Source of the DNA: a virus
Lineage: Duplodnaviria; Caudoviricetes
Strand: one strand, 5' to 3'
DNA length: 64,000 nucleotides
Virus record (IMG/VR): IMGVR_UViG_3300037400_006508
Span: 64,001-128,000 of that record
Shown: positions 53,906-63,700 of the stretch, in pieces
How positions within the stretch are numbered: position 1 is the stretch's first letter
Layout: each line of letters begins with the position of its first letter
Notes under the pieces: model-generated
Told to the model about the DNA's origin: nothing
What the model saw: the letters and a program-made list of their open reading frames with translations, nothing else
The model's database searches: none
Position numbers and translations under genes: made by a program

Positions 53906-56556
53906 TGGCTAAATACATTGTCCCACAAGTTCTGATCAATCAGCTGATCTCCGAGGTCAGCATGAACACGATCAAGAACCAGAATGTTCTGGTCATAGGA
54001 CCGAACTACGAGTTGTTCCGATTCACCGAAGCTGACGAAAAGCAGAAGTGCTACATCGGAGACTACACAGACCCGACCGGTCAGGAAGGCGGCGGAACCG
54101 TCGTCGACGAGGGCGAGCGCGAGTACTCGGTAGAGAACGGAAACGCGTACGCCAACGTCAAGCTGAAGGTCGACAACCTCGCCGGACGCGTGGTCATCCC
54201 GTACCCGGGACAGGCTTCCACGACGATTCCGGACGCCAACTACACGAAGGTGTTCGCGGACGAGGTGATCATCAAGCTCGCGTCTCTTGGAAGCTTCTAC
54301 TTCCTGGACGACAAGGAGACCGCCGGACTCGACGCACGCCTGCGCTTCCCGTTCGCCCTTGCCGGCGACAAGCGCGGTTTTGCGACGAAGTACGTCTGCC
54401 GCTGCTACGTGGAGCCAACGGACGGAAAGTGCGTCGACGGTTGCGGAAAGGACCTTCAGCCCTACTTCGCCATCAGCTGGGCAGACGACTACGTCGATCC
54501 GACTGGCGCGCTGAAGCCCGGCCAGATGAAGAATTTCCCGCGCAGCATCAATCCTGGCGACGCGATCCGCATTCCGTACGTCGGAACCGACGGTGCGGCC
54601 CATGTCTACAAGTCCACGATCGTCGAGGTGTTCGAATCCGTCAAGGAGAGCGGAATCTTCGACTCGGTGCAGCTTGCCGACACCCTTCCGGATGACTTCC
54701 CGAAGGACACTGTCACGATTCCGGCCGACCCGACCGACAAGTACTCGATCGCCTACGAGACCGAGCACTTCACGGCAGTCGAGGACAATACGATCCACCC
54801 GGTGTACCCGTGGGATCCGGGCGAGTGCGACAGCAACGATCTGGACAGCAACGACGACGGTACCGACATCCTCGGCGCCGTGCAGCTCTGCGCCCAGTTC
54901 TCCGACGTGGAGATCTCGCGCAAGACCGGCGTTCGCCATGTCTGGAACTGGGACACCTACGCCGACACGGATCCAGGCAACGACGAGGACATCTTCGGCG
55001 TTGTCATCTCCGGCAACCTCAAGGCCCGCTACTCCAACTGGGATTCTTCGGATCCAGTCACGGGTCTCTCGCCGGAGTACCGCGTCCTGTCCGCACGTCT
55101 GTTCGTTCAGCACCGAGACCTTATCGTCTCGTCTGCCGGCGACATCACGTCGATCGCGTCCCACACGCTCGTCGAGCAGACGCTCGGCAAGCTGCATCCT
55201 GACAATCCGCTGGCGTTCGGCGTCTACATGGCGGCTCTCAACTCCGGCGACAGGATCGTCTACTACTGCGGCATCCCGACCGACGATCTTTCCGGCTACA
55301 ACGTGGCCCTCGGAAAGGCGACGATGACGGACGACGTCTACTTCATCGTTCCTCTGTCCGGAGACGAGATGGTCGTTGATTCCGTCAAGGCCCACGTCGA
55401 GGAGATGTCAACCGCCGAGAACAAGCTCTGGCGCGTCGGATTCGTCTCGCAGACGCCGCCGAAGATCGACATGATCTACGACCAGACCAACAACCCGAGC
55501 AAGGAGGACTTCTACGTGCAGTTCAAGCTCGCGAAGGGTCGCGACTGGTACACGGACGGCGCCAACCTCATCCAGTTCATGAAGGACGAGGACATCGACG
55601 ACGACAGCATCAACGTGGATGTAAAGTGCCTCAAGGACGTGAAGGTGGGAGACGTCGTCAAGATCTGGCTGGACAACAGCGACGACGACTGGGACGAAAC
55701 CCCGCACTACACGGAGCGCTACGTCAAGAAGATCGTGTCCAACAGCGTGCTCCAGCTGGCCAAGCCGGTCTACCTGTGCGCTGGCGAAGAGACGATCGAC
55801 GACGGAAACGAGAGCAACGACTACTGCTACCCGGACATGATCCCGAACGGCAAGACCCGCAACCACTTCAAGGTCGAGGTCTACCGCAAGCTGACGGCAA
55901 CGCAGCAGGTACAGTACATCGCGGACATGTCCAGCTCCCTGGCCACACGCCGCATGTACAACGTGTTCCCGTCCGTTGCGTCGACCGACGGAATCGTCTT
56001 CACCGGCGAGTTCCTCGCGGCGGCGGCAGCCGGACTTGCTTCGTCCGTTCTGCCCCAGCAGCCTCTGACGAACGTCGAGCTCAACGGCGTCGGCGACCTG
56101 CCCATCGTGTACCAGACGTACACGAGGGAGCAGCTCAACACGATCGCCGCCGGCGGTACGTTCATCATCATGCAGGAACGCCCGGGGTCGCAGGTCTACG
56201 TACGTCACCAGATTTCGACCGACTACACGAGCAACAATCTGCTCAAGGCCGAGCTCTCGATCACGAAGAACCTTGACTCCATCTCTTACTACTTCGCGGA
56301 GCTGTTCGCCCCGATGATCGGTAAGTACAACATCACGCCGGAGCTCATCGGAGTTCTTCGCGTGAAGCTGGAGCAGGGCCTCAGGATGCTCGAGACCTCC
56401 ACCGCGGCAGGCCTTTACGGCCCGCAGGTTCTGGCCGAAGGCACGGAGATCCTGGAGCTGCACCAGGACGAGGTACACAGGGACCATGTCTACGCAAAGG
56501 TCCACCTGAACCTGCCTGTGCCGTTCAACTACTTCGACCTCGATCTTGAAATCTAA
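53905..56556 (+). CDS. Contractile tail sheath protein
   Basis: 883 aa; N-terminus YIVPQVLINQ; C-domain AAAAAGLAS..PQQPLTN, LNTIAAGG, VRHQIST, ELSITKNLD, VPFNYFDLDL. Confidence 0.85.
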   Translation: MAKYIVPQVLINQLISEVSMNTIKNQNVLVIGPNYELFRFTEADEKQKCYIGDYTDPTGQEGGGTVVDEGEREYSVENGNAYANVKLKVDNLAGRVVIPYPGQASTTIPDANYTKVFADEVIIKLASLGSFYFLDDKETAGLDARLRFPFALAGDKRGFATKYVCRCYVEPTDGKCVDGCGKDLQPYFAISWADDYVDPTGALKPGQMKNFPRSINPGDAIRIPYVGTDGAAHVYKSTIVEVFESVKESGIFDSVQLADTLPDDFPKDTVTIPADPTDKYSIAYETEHFTAVEDNTIHPVYPWDPGECDSNDLDSNDDGTDILGAVQLCAQFSDVEISRKTGVRHVWNWDTYADTDPGNDEDIFGVVISGNLKARYSNWDSSDPVTGLSPEYRVLSARLFVQHRDLIVSSAGDITSIASHTLVEQTLGKLHPDNPLAFGVYMAALNSGDRIVYYCGIPTDDLSGYNVALGKATMTDDVYFIVPLSGDEMVVDSVKAHVEEMSTAENKLWRVGFVSQTPPKIDMIYDQTNNPSKEDFYVQFKLAKGRDWYTDGANLIQFMKDEDIDDDSINVDVKCLKDVKVGDVVKIWLDNSDDDWDETPHYTERYVKKIVSNSVLQLAKPVYLCAGEETIDDGNESNDYCYPDMIPNGKTRNHFKVEVYRKLTATQQVQYIADMSSSLATRRMYNVFPSVASTDGIVFTGEFLAAAAAGLASSVLPQQPLTNVELNGVGDLPIVYQTYTREQLNTIAAGGTFIIMQERPGSQVYVRHQISTDYTSNNLLKAELSITKNLDSISYYFAELFAPMIGKYNITPELIGVLRVKLEQGLRMLETSTAAGLYGPQVLAEGTEILELHQDEVHRDHVYAKVHLNLPVPFNYFDLDLEI

Positions 56557-56575
56557 AGAAAAGGAGAGCTAGAAA

Positions 56576-57058
56576 ATGGCTGACGATTCAACAGACGTGT
56601 TTGGCTACAAGAGCACCCTTCCAGTCAGGCAGCCCGGATTCAAGGATCCGGCTTCCAGCGAAGGCCTGCTCAAGCTGGACAGCAAGCCTGTAGCGCTCAT
56701 CCAGAACTGGTCGGTCCAGTACCAGATGAACGTTACCCCGATCTACGAATGTGGTTCATCCACTGTCACGTGGTCCGCGAAACATGGAAGCGGAACTCTG
56801 CAGATAGGAAGGATCATAAACGAGGATCCCACAGAGACGCTCGCGTCCCTCGGTACGGTCTGCGTACCGAAAGATCCACAGATCACCGCGTACTCCGGGT
56901 GCGACAACGTCGGAAAACCTGTCGTTCTCACGCTGACCGGATGTGTTGCGGCTAGCATCGGTTTCTCGGGGCAGGCGCAGAACGCCTACATCTCCGAGGA
57001 CATCGGCGCGCAGTTCGCGATGCTGAAGGTGTCAGGCGGCGGACAGCAGGGCGGCTAA
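56576..57058 (+). CDS. Tail tube protein
   Basis: 160 aa following the sheath; IQNWSVQYQMNVTPIYECGS, GTLQIGRI, LTLTGC. Confidence 0.8.
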   Translation: MADDSTDVFGYKSTLPVRQPGFKDPASSEGLLKLDSKPVALIQNWSVQYQMNVTPIYECGSSTVTWSAKHGSGTLQIGRIINEDPTETLASLGTVCVPKDPQITAYSGCDNVGKPVVLTLTGCVAASIGFSGQAQNAYISEDIGAQFAMLKVSGGGQQGG

Positions 57059-57103
57059 GGACCAGATGGCCCGTAGACAGACCATTCGGTTCGTCTAACA
57101 CGG

Positions 57104-57137
57104 CAAAAAGACCCGGGGTTCGCCCCGGGTCTTTTTG
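57104..57137. terminator. Intrinsic, bidirectional-type terminator
   Basis: CAAAAAGACCCGGGG-TTCG-CCCCGGGTCTTTTTG, a perfect inverted repeat with a U-tract. Confidence 0.92.
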
Positions 57138-57147
57138 TATCATAAAG

Positions 57148-57176
57148 TTGACTCTATACATGCCATGTGCTAATAT
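57148..57176 (+). promoter_or_regulatory. Sigma70-type promoter TTGACT-N17-TAATAT with extended TG
   Basis: TTGACT at 57148-57153, TG at 57168-57169, TAATAT at 57171-57176, right after the terminator. Confidence 0.65.
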
Positions 57177-57196
57177 ACGCCGCAAGGAACGACACC

Positions 57197-59578
57197 ATGT
57201 TTTGGAAGAAAAGAAGAGACAGCTCCTCTCGGCAGCTAAATTCTCAGGTTGGCGCATCGACGGGGGCGGCTCCGGTAGGGTACGACCCAACCGGCGGTGC
57301 TGCGAGGATGGCAATCTATGGCGAGACGAAGCTCGTAATAGAGGAGGGGATCGTCATACGCGGCGGCGTAGGCGGGTACGACTGCACCGTAAAGATACGC
57401 GGACAGCTGATACCGTGTTCCACCCTGTCAAGGCAGCAGTCTTTGGCTTTCGGCGTAGGAGAGGGAAACATTCCCGTCGAGGGAACCCATGTTCTTGTGA
57501 TCCTGAACGACAGGAACCCGAGCTTCGGGTGGATCGTTTCGGCGGCCCCGATGGGTCAGCATGTGCTGAACCAGGAGGACGCGACAAAAAGGCGCGTTCA
57601 TTCGTTCTATCCGAATGACAAGTTCAGGATCTATAGTGAAAACTGCGCGTATATCGTTCCGTTCATGGATAAGAAGTGGAGCGGCAAGAAGTGGCTGAAC
57701 ACCAACCGCGCCAACGATATACTCCCCGGCGAGTCGATGATGGAGAACGAGAGCCACGCCGGGATGCTCGTATCCATGTACCAGTCGGAAATAACGGCGG
57801 GTGACAGTTTCGTACGCGTAGATAGAATGGACGACGCTATAAGGGAGCGGTCCACCAATTTCACGCATTGGTCCAACGAGCATGCGGTAAGCGAGTTCAA
57901 TGACGGAGGCCATATATCAGCAGAGGGAAGGTACTATTCATATCAGGGCGAGCTTCTTGGCACGGAGGGGCACAAGGGCCCGCATTATCACTTGCCAAGC
58001 GAAACGGAGAACAGGGAGCCAAGGCCGAGAATACGTTTTTGGAAGAGCTTCCTTGGAAATCTTCTTAGCTACTTCGTTGTTAGGGCTAGAAGAACAAAGA
58101 GTGATTTTGATACGACGCTGGCCAGTATGCATGTGAGTCAGGCCGGGAATGTCATTATAAAGGCTGGCGGTGGCGTATCTCTTGAGAGGTACGAGAGGAT
58201 TCCTACGCCGAAGAGGCTCAAGCACGCCTGGGATCCGCAGGGAGACAGGGAGGTGCCCTGTCCGCACGAGCCGTTCAAGCCGTTTATCGTCGAAAATCCG
58301 CATGACAGAGGTTTGGCAGAGGCCAGTAAACAAGCATGGGAAGTGAAAACCCACTACCAAAGATGGGATGAGCTCAAGAAGGATTTCAAGGTTCAGAACG
58401 AGGATGAGGTAAAGTTGCCTCAGGATGACGATGAGGACCCAAAGCATTCAAACGAGATAAGGTACACCAAGTATAGGGATAGGCATGCAGGTTTGTTCAT
58501 AGGAGATGACGGCTCAATCATTATACGTGATACATGGGGGTCAGAGATCGTAATGCTGGGAGGAAACATCCTTATCAATTCGCCCGGCAATGTTATTACA
58601 ACTACGAACAAGGACATAGTCTCTATAGCTCGCGGTACGGTAGCCATGCGCGGCACGGAGTCTGCCGAGCTTACTTCTGAGGAAAAACACGTAAGAATAC
58701 ACGCCAAGCAGCTCGTTGAAATAGCCGGCGGCATAGACAGCGAAACCGGTGGAGTTTTGATTGAGTCCGTGGCTAAGGGATCTATTGTAAAGGCTCCGGA
58801 GGAGGCTGGGGAAAAGGCCAGGATAGCCGGCGTAGTTGTACGTTCCGAGAACGCCGGATGCTCGATTAGCGGGAATAACACTTATGTTACCGGGCGTGAC
58901 AACGTGTTTATTACCGGTGGTCCTGATGGGGCGATCCGGGAGGGCAACGTGTTCATCGACGGTAAAATGGTAATTGAGACGGCGGACAAGACGTATGCGG
59001 CCGTGTCGCACCAGACCATAGAAATAATAACCGAGAACGTTGCCGCGATGGCGTCTCCCAACTACGCCCTTCTAGCGGGTGACAAGGGTGCAACGATCCT
59101 CAATGCACGTAAAATCACAATACCGTGGATACGTGTCGATGCGGATCTTAGCAAGTTGTTCGCCGACGCACAGGAGATATTCGACCGGTTGCAGGACTCC
59201 GCTATAATCATGCCTTTCTCCTGGGATAATCTGTGTGCCAATGCGGTGTTCTCGTTCCGTTCGGCTGTTGAAGCCAAGACAAACGAGGGCATAGAGCCAT
59301 GGAAAAAGAACGAAAACTTCACCATGTACGAGCCGTGGTGGCAGGTTATGAAGAAGCTAGGAGACCCGAATATAGAGAAGGCTACCCCGTATCATCCGAA
59401 GGCCGAGACCGTGCATAAGACAAAGTGCTGGCCCTATCTTCCGTCGATAGAGGAGGGCGACTTCAGAAACGTCGAGCTTCCTGTCAACATAAAGGTATGG
59501 TGGTCGAAGCCAAGGGAAGACCTGGCCAACACGGAGGAGAATTTGAAGGACTATCCTATGTCTGAATTCATGGTCTAG
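57197..59578 (+). CDS. Baseplate central spike (gp5/VgrG-like: OB-fold plus beta-helix)
   Basis: ATG at 57197 follows AAGGA; OB-fold-like IPVEGTHVLVIL..GWIV; C-terminal short beta repeats (GNILINSPGNVITT..). Confidence 0.65.
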   Translation: MFWKKRRDSSSRQLNSQVGASTGAAPVGYDPTGGAARMAIYGETKLVIEEGIVIRGGVGGYDCTVKIRGQLIPCSTLSRQQSLAFGVGEGNIPVEGTHVLVILNDRNPSFGWIVSAAPMGQHVLNQEDATKRRVHSFYPNDKFRIYSENCAYIVPFMDKKWSGKKWLNTNRANDILPGESMMENESHAGMLVSMYQSEITAGDSFVRVDRMDDAIRERSTNFTHWSNEHAVSEFNDGGHISAEGRYYSYQGELLGTEGHKGPHYHLPSETENREPRPRIRFWKSFLGNLLSYFVVRARRTKSDFDTTLASMHVSQAGNVIIKAGGGVSLERYERIPTPKRLKHAWDPQGDREVPCPHEPFKPFIVENPHDRGLAEASKQAWEVKTHYQRWDELKKDFKVQNEDEVKLPQDDDEDPKHSNEIRYTKYRDRHAGLFIGDDGSIIIRDTWGSEIVMLGGNILINSPGNVITTTNKDIVSIARGTVAMRGTESAELTSEEKHVRIHAKQLVEIAGGIDSETGGVLIESVAKGSIVKAPEEAGEKARIAGVVVRSENAGCSISGNNTYVTGRDNVFITGGPDGAIREGNVFIDGKMVIETADKTYAAVSHQTIEIITENVAAMASPNYALLAGDKGATILNARKITIPWIRVDADLSKLFADAQEIFDRLQDSAIIMPFSWDNLCANAVFSFRSAVEAKTNEGIEPWKKNENFTMYEPWWQVMKKLGDPNIEKATPYHPKAETVHKTKCWPYLPSIEEGDFRNVELPVNIKVWWSKPREDLANTEENLKDYPMSEFMV

Positions 59579-59601
59579 CAAAAGAAACGGAAAACAAAGA
59601 A

Positions 59602-60390
59602 ATGGAAATCGTAGGCGACAAGGACGCACTGAACCAGAATACGGTCGATGCCAGGCCGGCAGACCCAGCGGGTGACGCTGGTACCGAACAAAGCAGAGAA
59701 GCTGTAATAAACAACTTTAATTTCGCGATGGCGGAGGCGCATGCCGAGGCCGATGCCGCAGTCGCAAAGTCGGCGCAAAGCGAGCCGGAGAGCGGCGGTA
59801 TGGTCGGCAAGTCCGTTGATGTTGTCGATCATGTTTCGTCCGACTCGGATTTGAAATCAGCCCTCATAGACAAGATGAAGGAGCTTGATTCCATGTCATC
59901 GAAGGACCGTACGGTCAAGATAGAACAGAAGCACAAGGACGCGTTTTTGGACTGCATCGTCAGCGGTGAAAGGTACATGGAGGAGTTTAGTCTTTTCGGC
60001 GGCAAGATACGAGTCAAGGTAAGGTGCCGCAGCTCCGAAGAGACAGACGCTATCGAGGCGTATGCAAGGCGCGAGATATCGGCCGGCAGAATAACGCTAA
60101 ATTCCGAATACGCGACTCTTATGAGAAAGTTGCTTCTAGCCGCTCAAATAGAGGAGGTAAACGGCGTGAAATATGATACTCTCAAGAAGCCGTTGTTCTA
60201 TATTGAGACCAAGGACGGTCTGACGCCTCCGGCGTGGTCCGACCAGATAGACTTGTGGGCTTCCAAGCCAGATTACCTGGTAGCCAGTCTGTTTGAATGC
60301 ATCATAGGTTTCGAAGCCAGGTACTGGGGTATGATACGGGAGTCCAAAAATGAAAATTTTTGGAAATCCGGCGAGTCTACCGGGGCATAG
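59602..60390 (+). CDS. Tail assembly chaperone (G-like)
   Basis: Two ORFs upstream of the tape measure gene; slippery site near its 3' end. Confidence 0.65.
   Translation: MEIVGDKDALNQNTVDARPADPAGDAGTEQSREAVINNFNFAMAEAHAEADAAVAKSAQSEPESGGMVGKSVDVVDHVSSDSDLKSALIDKMKELDSMSSKDRTVKIEQKHKDAFLDCIVSGERYMEEFSLFGGKIRVKVRCRSSEETDAIEAYARREISAGRITLNSEYATLMRKLLLAAQIEEVNGVKYDTLKKPLFYIETKDGLTPPAWSDQIDLWASKPDYLVASLFECIIGFEARYWGMIRESKNENFWKSGESTGA
60354..60360 (+). other. Programmed -1 frameshift slippery heptamer A AAT TTT
   Basis: X XXY YYZ pattern in frame with 59602..60390; the -1 frame is ORF 60360..60767. Confidence 0.75.
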
Positions 60391-60767
60391 AGGAGTCTGC
60401 ACTCCTTGGTAGGTACGACGGGCTGGTGTATCCGCATTCCTACCTTGCGCGTAATCTCCGTTTCAGGTACCGGGAGTACAGGGACCTCATGGAAAGGTCG
60501 TACTTCAGGATGGTATCGCTATCTTCGTTGTACGGTAACCCAAAAACGGATATCAAGGCCGGAAACAGGTCGTTCAAGAACAACCTAGAGCTGGCAAGCA
60601 GATTCATTCCGTACTATAATGCAAACAAGTCCGCTTCTACGGTGGTGTCAGAGCGAGAAAGAGGCGTAGCCCTGTTCAACGCGATAAAGAAGAGGATAAC
60701 TTCGAAAATGCTTGACGATTACAACAAGGCGATTTCAGCAGGTACTGCATCCGTTAAGTTTTCATGA
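60360..60767 (+). CDS. Tail assembly chaperone frameshift extension (T-like)
   Basis: The -1 frame opens right after a TGA at 60351-60353; no convincing start or RBS of its own; its stop overlaps the tape measure ATG. Confidence 0.7.
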   Translation: MEIRRVYRGIEESALLGRYDGLVYPHSYLARNLRFRYREYRDLMERSYFRMVSLSSLYGNPKTDIKAGNRSFKNNLELASRFIPYYNANKSASTVVSERERGVALFNAIKKRITSKMLDDYNKAISAGTASVKFS

Positions 60768-63700
60768 GCGAGTTAGACATAGGAAAATTGGCTGACGAGC
60801 TCGTGGAGCGAATGAAGCCGAAGACCATGCAGGTCCAGGACTATAGTTTCTCTGGATATGCATCGCCGATGTCCGGCGTTGGCGGAAATCCGTACGATCT
60901 TGCCTCGCTCCAGCCGGAGCCAGATAGCTTTCTTGGGTTTTTAGGCGGGTTTGGCGGCATAGTCGCCAAGCTGCTTGGCCTCACTGCGGAAGACAAGAAC
61001 GGAACGGAGGTACCTATATTCAAGACGAACTTCCGTATGCAGGACAGAAATCTGCCTGCGTTCAAGAACAGCATGCTTGGCAACAACAGGCGTGTCATGG
61101 GAAGCGCGTCGTCCGGCTCATCCCCTCTGGCCGTCAACGCCCTTACCAGGCTGTTCGATGACGATTCCGTCTTCGGCAGGTGGCTGAACGAGACGGACAG
61201 CAACGGAAAACCGGTTCTGCCGGATGCTGACAGGGCGTTTTTCGGCGGTATACAGAATGTCGTTCGGAACGAGAACGTCGCACCTATGTTGATCCCGCTT
61301 ATGAATATGCTGACCGGACAGGACCGGGGGCTCAGCGCCAATGTGATGAACGCGAGTTCGTTCCAGATGGTAGGGGGTCTGGGGTCTACGCATGGATTCG
61401 GCTACAACACGGATACAGGTCGAAACAAGTTCAACCTAGACAGCGTATTTGGAGACGACTATACGAGGCAGCGCATGGCGGCTGCAAGGATGGGTTCGCA
61501 GGCGGCGTACGATCTGACATGGGATGGCCTGGTAAGGAGGGACAGCGTCCATGGCGCGTCGGAGACGCTCGTCGGACAGATTGTCAGCGATGCCATAAGG
61601 ACTGGTGCCCTCGACAAGGATCTTGGCCGGTTCACCGTAGGAAGGTATGACGAGACTGGCGGAAGCCGGGAGGATGTTGAGTTCCATAGGCTTGGGGCGG
61701 AAGAAAGGCTTAAGGCAGCCGAGAGAACCGGAGACAGGGAATCAGCGAAGAAACTGCGGGAGGAGATTCGCAGGTACGACGATCGTCTTTCATATTTTGG
61801 AGCCATGGACGACAAGGCCGATATACAGGATAAGAAGGTAGATGCAGAGGCAAGGCTCCGTACCGCCGTTCAAGAAGGAAACTATGACGAAGAAAGGCGC
61901 ATAAGGGAGGAGATAACCGGGTACGACGATCGTCTGGCGTATCTTGAAAATTCCGGATCCAGGGAGGACAGGGGCAGGGCTGCCGACAGAACGTCGGATA
62001 TGATAAGACGGCAGGGAGAGCTTCGCAGGAAGAGATTTGACGCCGAAAAGAGGCTGTCCGCCGCCGAGGAAGCCGGGAATGAAGACGAGGCGGCCAGGAT
62101 ACAGGACGAGCTGTCCGGTTACGAGCAGCAGTTGGATACGCTAAGTCCGGAGATAGACAACAGGCTGTCGGATGTAGGCAGAAGCGTAAATGGCCTTGAT
62201 ACCAGGGATGTAAACGACAGGATAGCCACCCTAATCCGTCACCAGGACGATTTGCGCGGCGCGAAACTGGAGCTTGGACAGTCCAGACGAGACGCGGAAA
62301 GCCGCGGAGATGCAGACGCTGTAAAGGAGATAGACGATCAGATAAGGGAGTATGACGTAAAGATAAACGCCCTTTCCGCTCAGATAAAAAGCCTTGGCGA
62401 CAGGGTACGGGATGCTGCTGAACCGCTGGTCGATGCTGTCACGGGGGTGGTTGACTCGTTGAAGGACTTCTACGGGTCGGAGGAGGAATCCAAGAAAGCC
62501 CTCGACCAGATGACGGGTGGAGAGGGGTCAAAGAATGCGGAAGCCGCAAGGACGCTTACAAGGCAGCTTGACGAGATAAAGATGACCGGATTGATGGCCG
62601 GTTTCGATCCGTCGCAGACCGGCGCGTTCATGAACGAGATGATGGCTCGTTCTTTTAACGACGAGAGGAGCGCTCTGGCCGCCGGAAGCAATGCGCAGTC
62701 CCAGTTTGGAATGGCGCTTACAGGCATGTCTCTTAGAGCCGCATCCGGTATAGCCGATACAAGGGAGAGGCGGCTTTACATGAATGCCGCCAGGGAGTAT
62801 GCGTCGTCGGCCGATAAATCTCGTGGTAAAAATCTTAGTTTCTCCCTGGAGGCAATGAGGCGGGAGGGTATGGTAGGCGGGGAAGAATACGCGTCTCTAA
62901 ACGATATGCTTACATCGGGAAGAAAGGGTACGATAAACCAAGCCGAGAGAAGGATTGCACAGCTGCTTGGAGGCGGTTCCGTCGAGGAGGGCATGAGGAT
63001 GCTCAACGATCCTTCGTCGATGGCGCGGCTTGCCGGATCGTTGAATCTCGAGGATGCAAAGACGGCCAGCGAGCGGTTCGACCTCATGCACAGGAACGAG
63101 CTTGACGTTGTCGGAAGGGCTGCAGCTCGAAGGGCCGATGTACGCAGGGGCAAGTCTGCTTTGGTTGACGCCGGCATGAAGAGGCGCGACGTGGACAATA
63201 GCGTTGAGCTGGCAAGATCGGGAGCCTTGAGATCCGAGCTCGACAGCATCATACAGACCGAGGGCATTGACTCCGAGACTTTAAAGTCCGCGAATGCGGC
63301 CCTCGCGCAGTACGATATAGATTACAAGGATGGTCTGGATAGATACAACGGAGACAAGGCGAAGGCTGCGGAGTATGCCAATCAGAGGTTTAGGGCCAAT
63401 TATGAGACGATGCTGCCACCGGAGGTTCGGGAAAGGATAAGGAACGCCGAGCATGACGCCTCCATGGATACCCTGAACGGTCTCAGGGATTTCAGGGACG
63501 AAGAAGGAAACGTGGTTGACGTAACCACCACCGGAAACGGAAATCTTGATATGTATCTAGAGGGCGTCGGCGCGTTTGGCACCGACCATCGTATGAACAG
63601 GAGCGCGTTCACGAAGGTGTATACCCAGACGTTGGACACGCTTCTCAGGAATGATACGCTGCGCGATAAGGACGGCAACAAGTTCGATAGAAAATATCTG

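Noticed and set aside
57167-57196. GTG start at 57167 for the spike gene
   Set aside because: It overlaps the predicted -10 element; ATG 57197 has an AAGGA ribosome-binding site.
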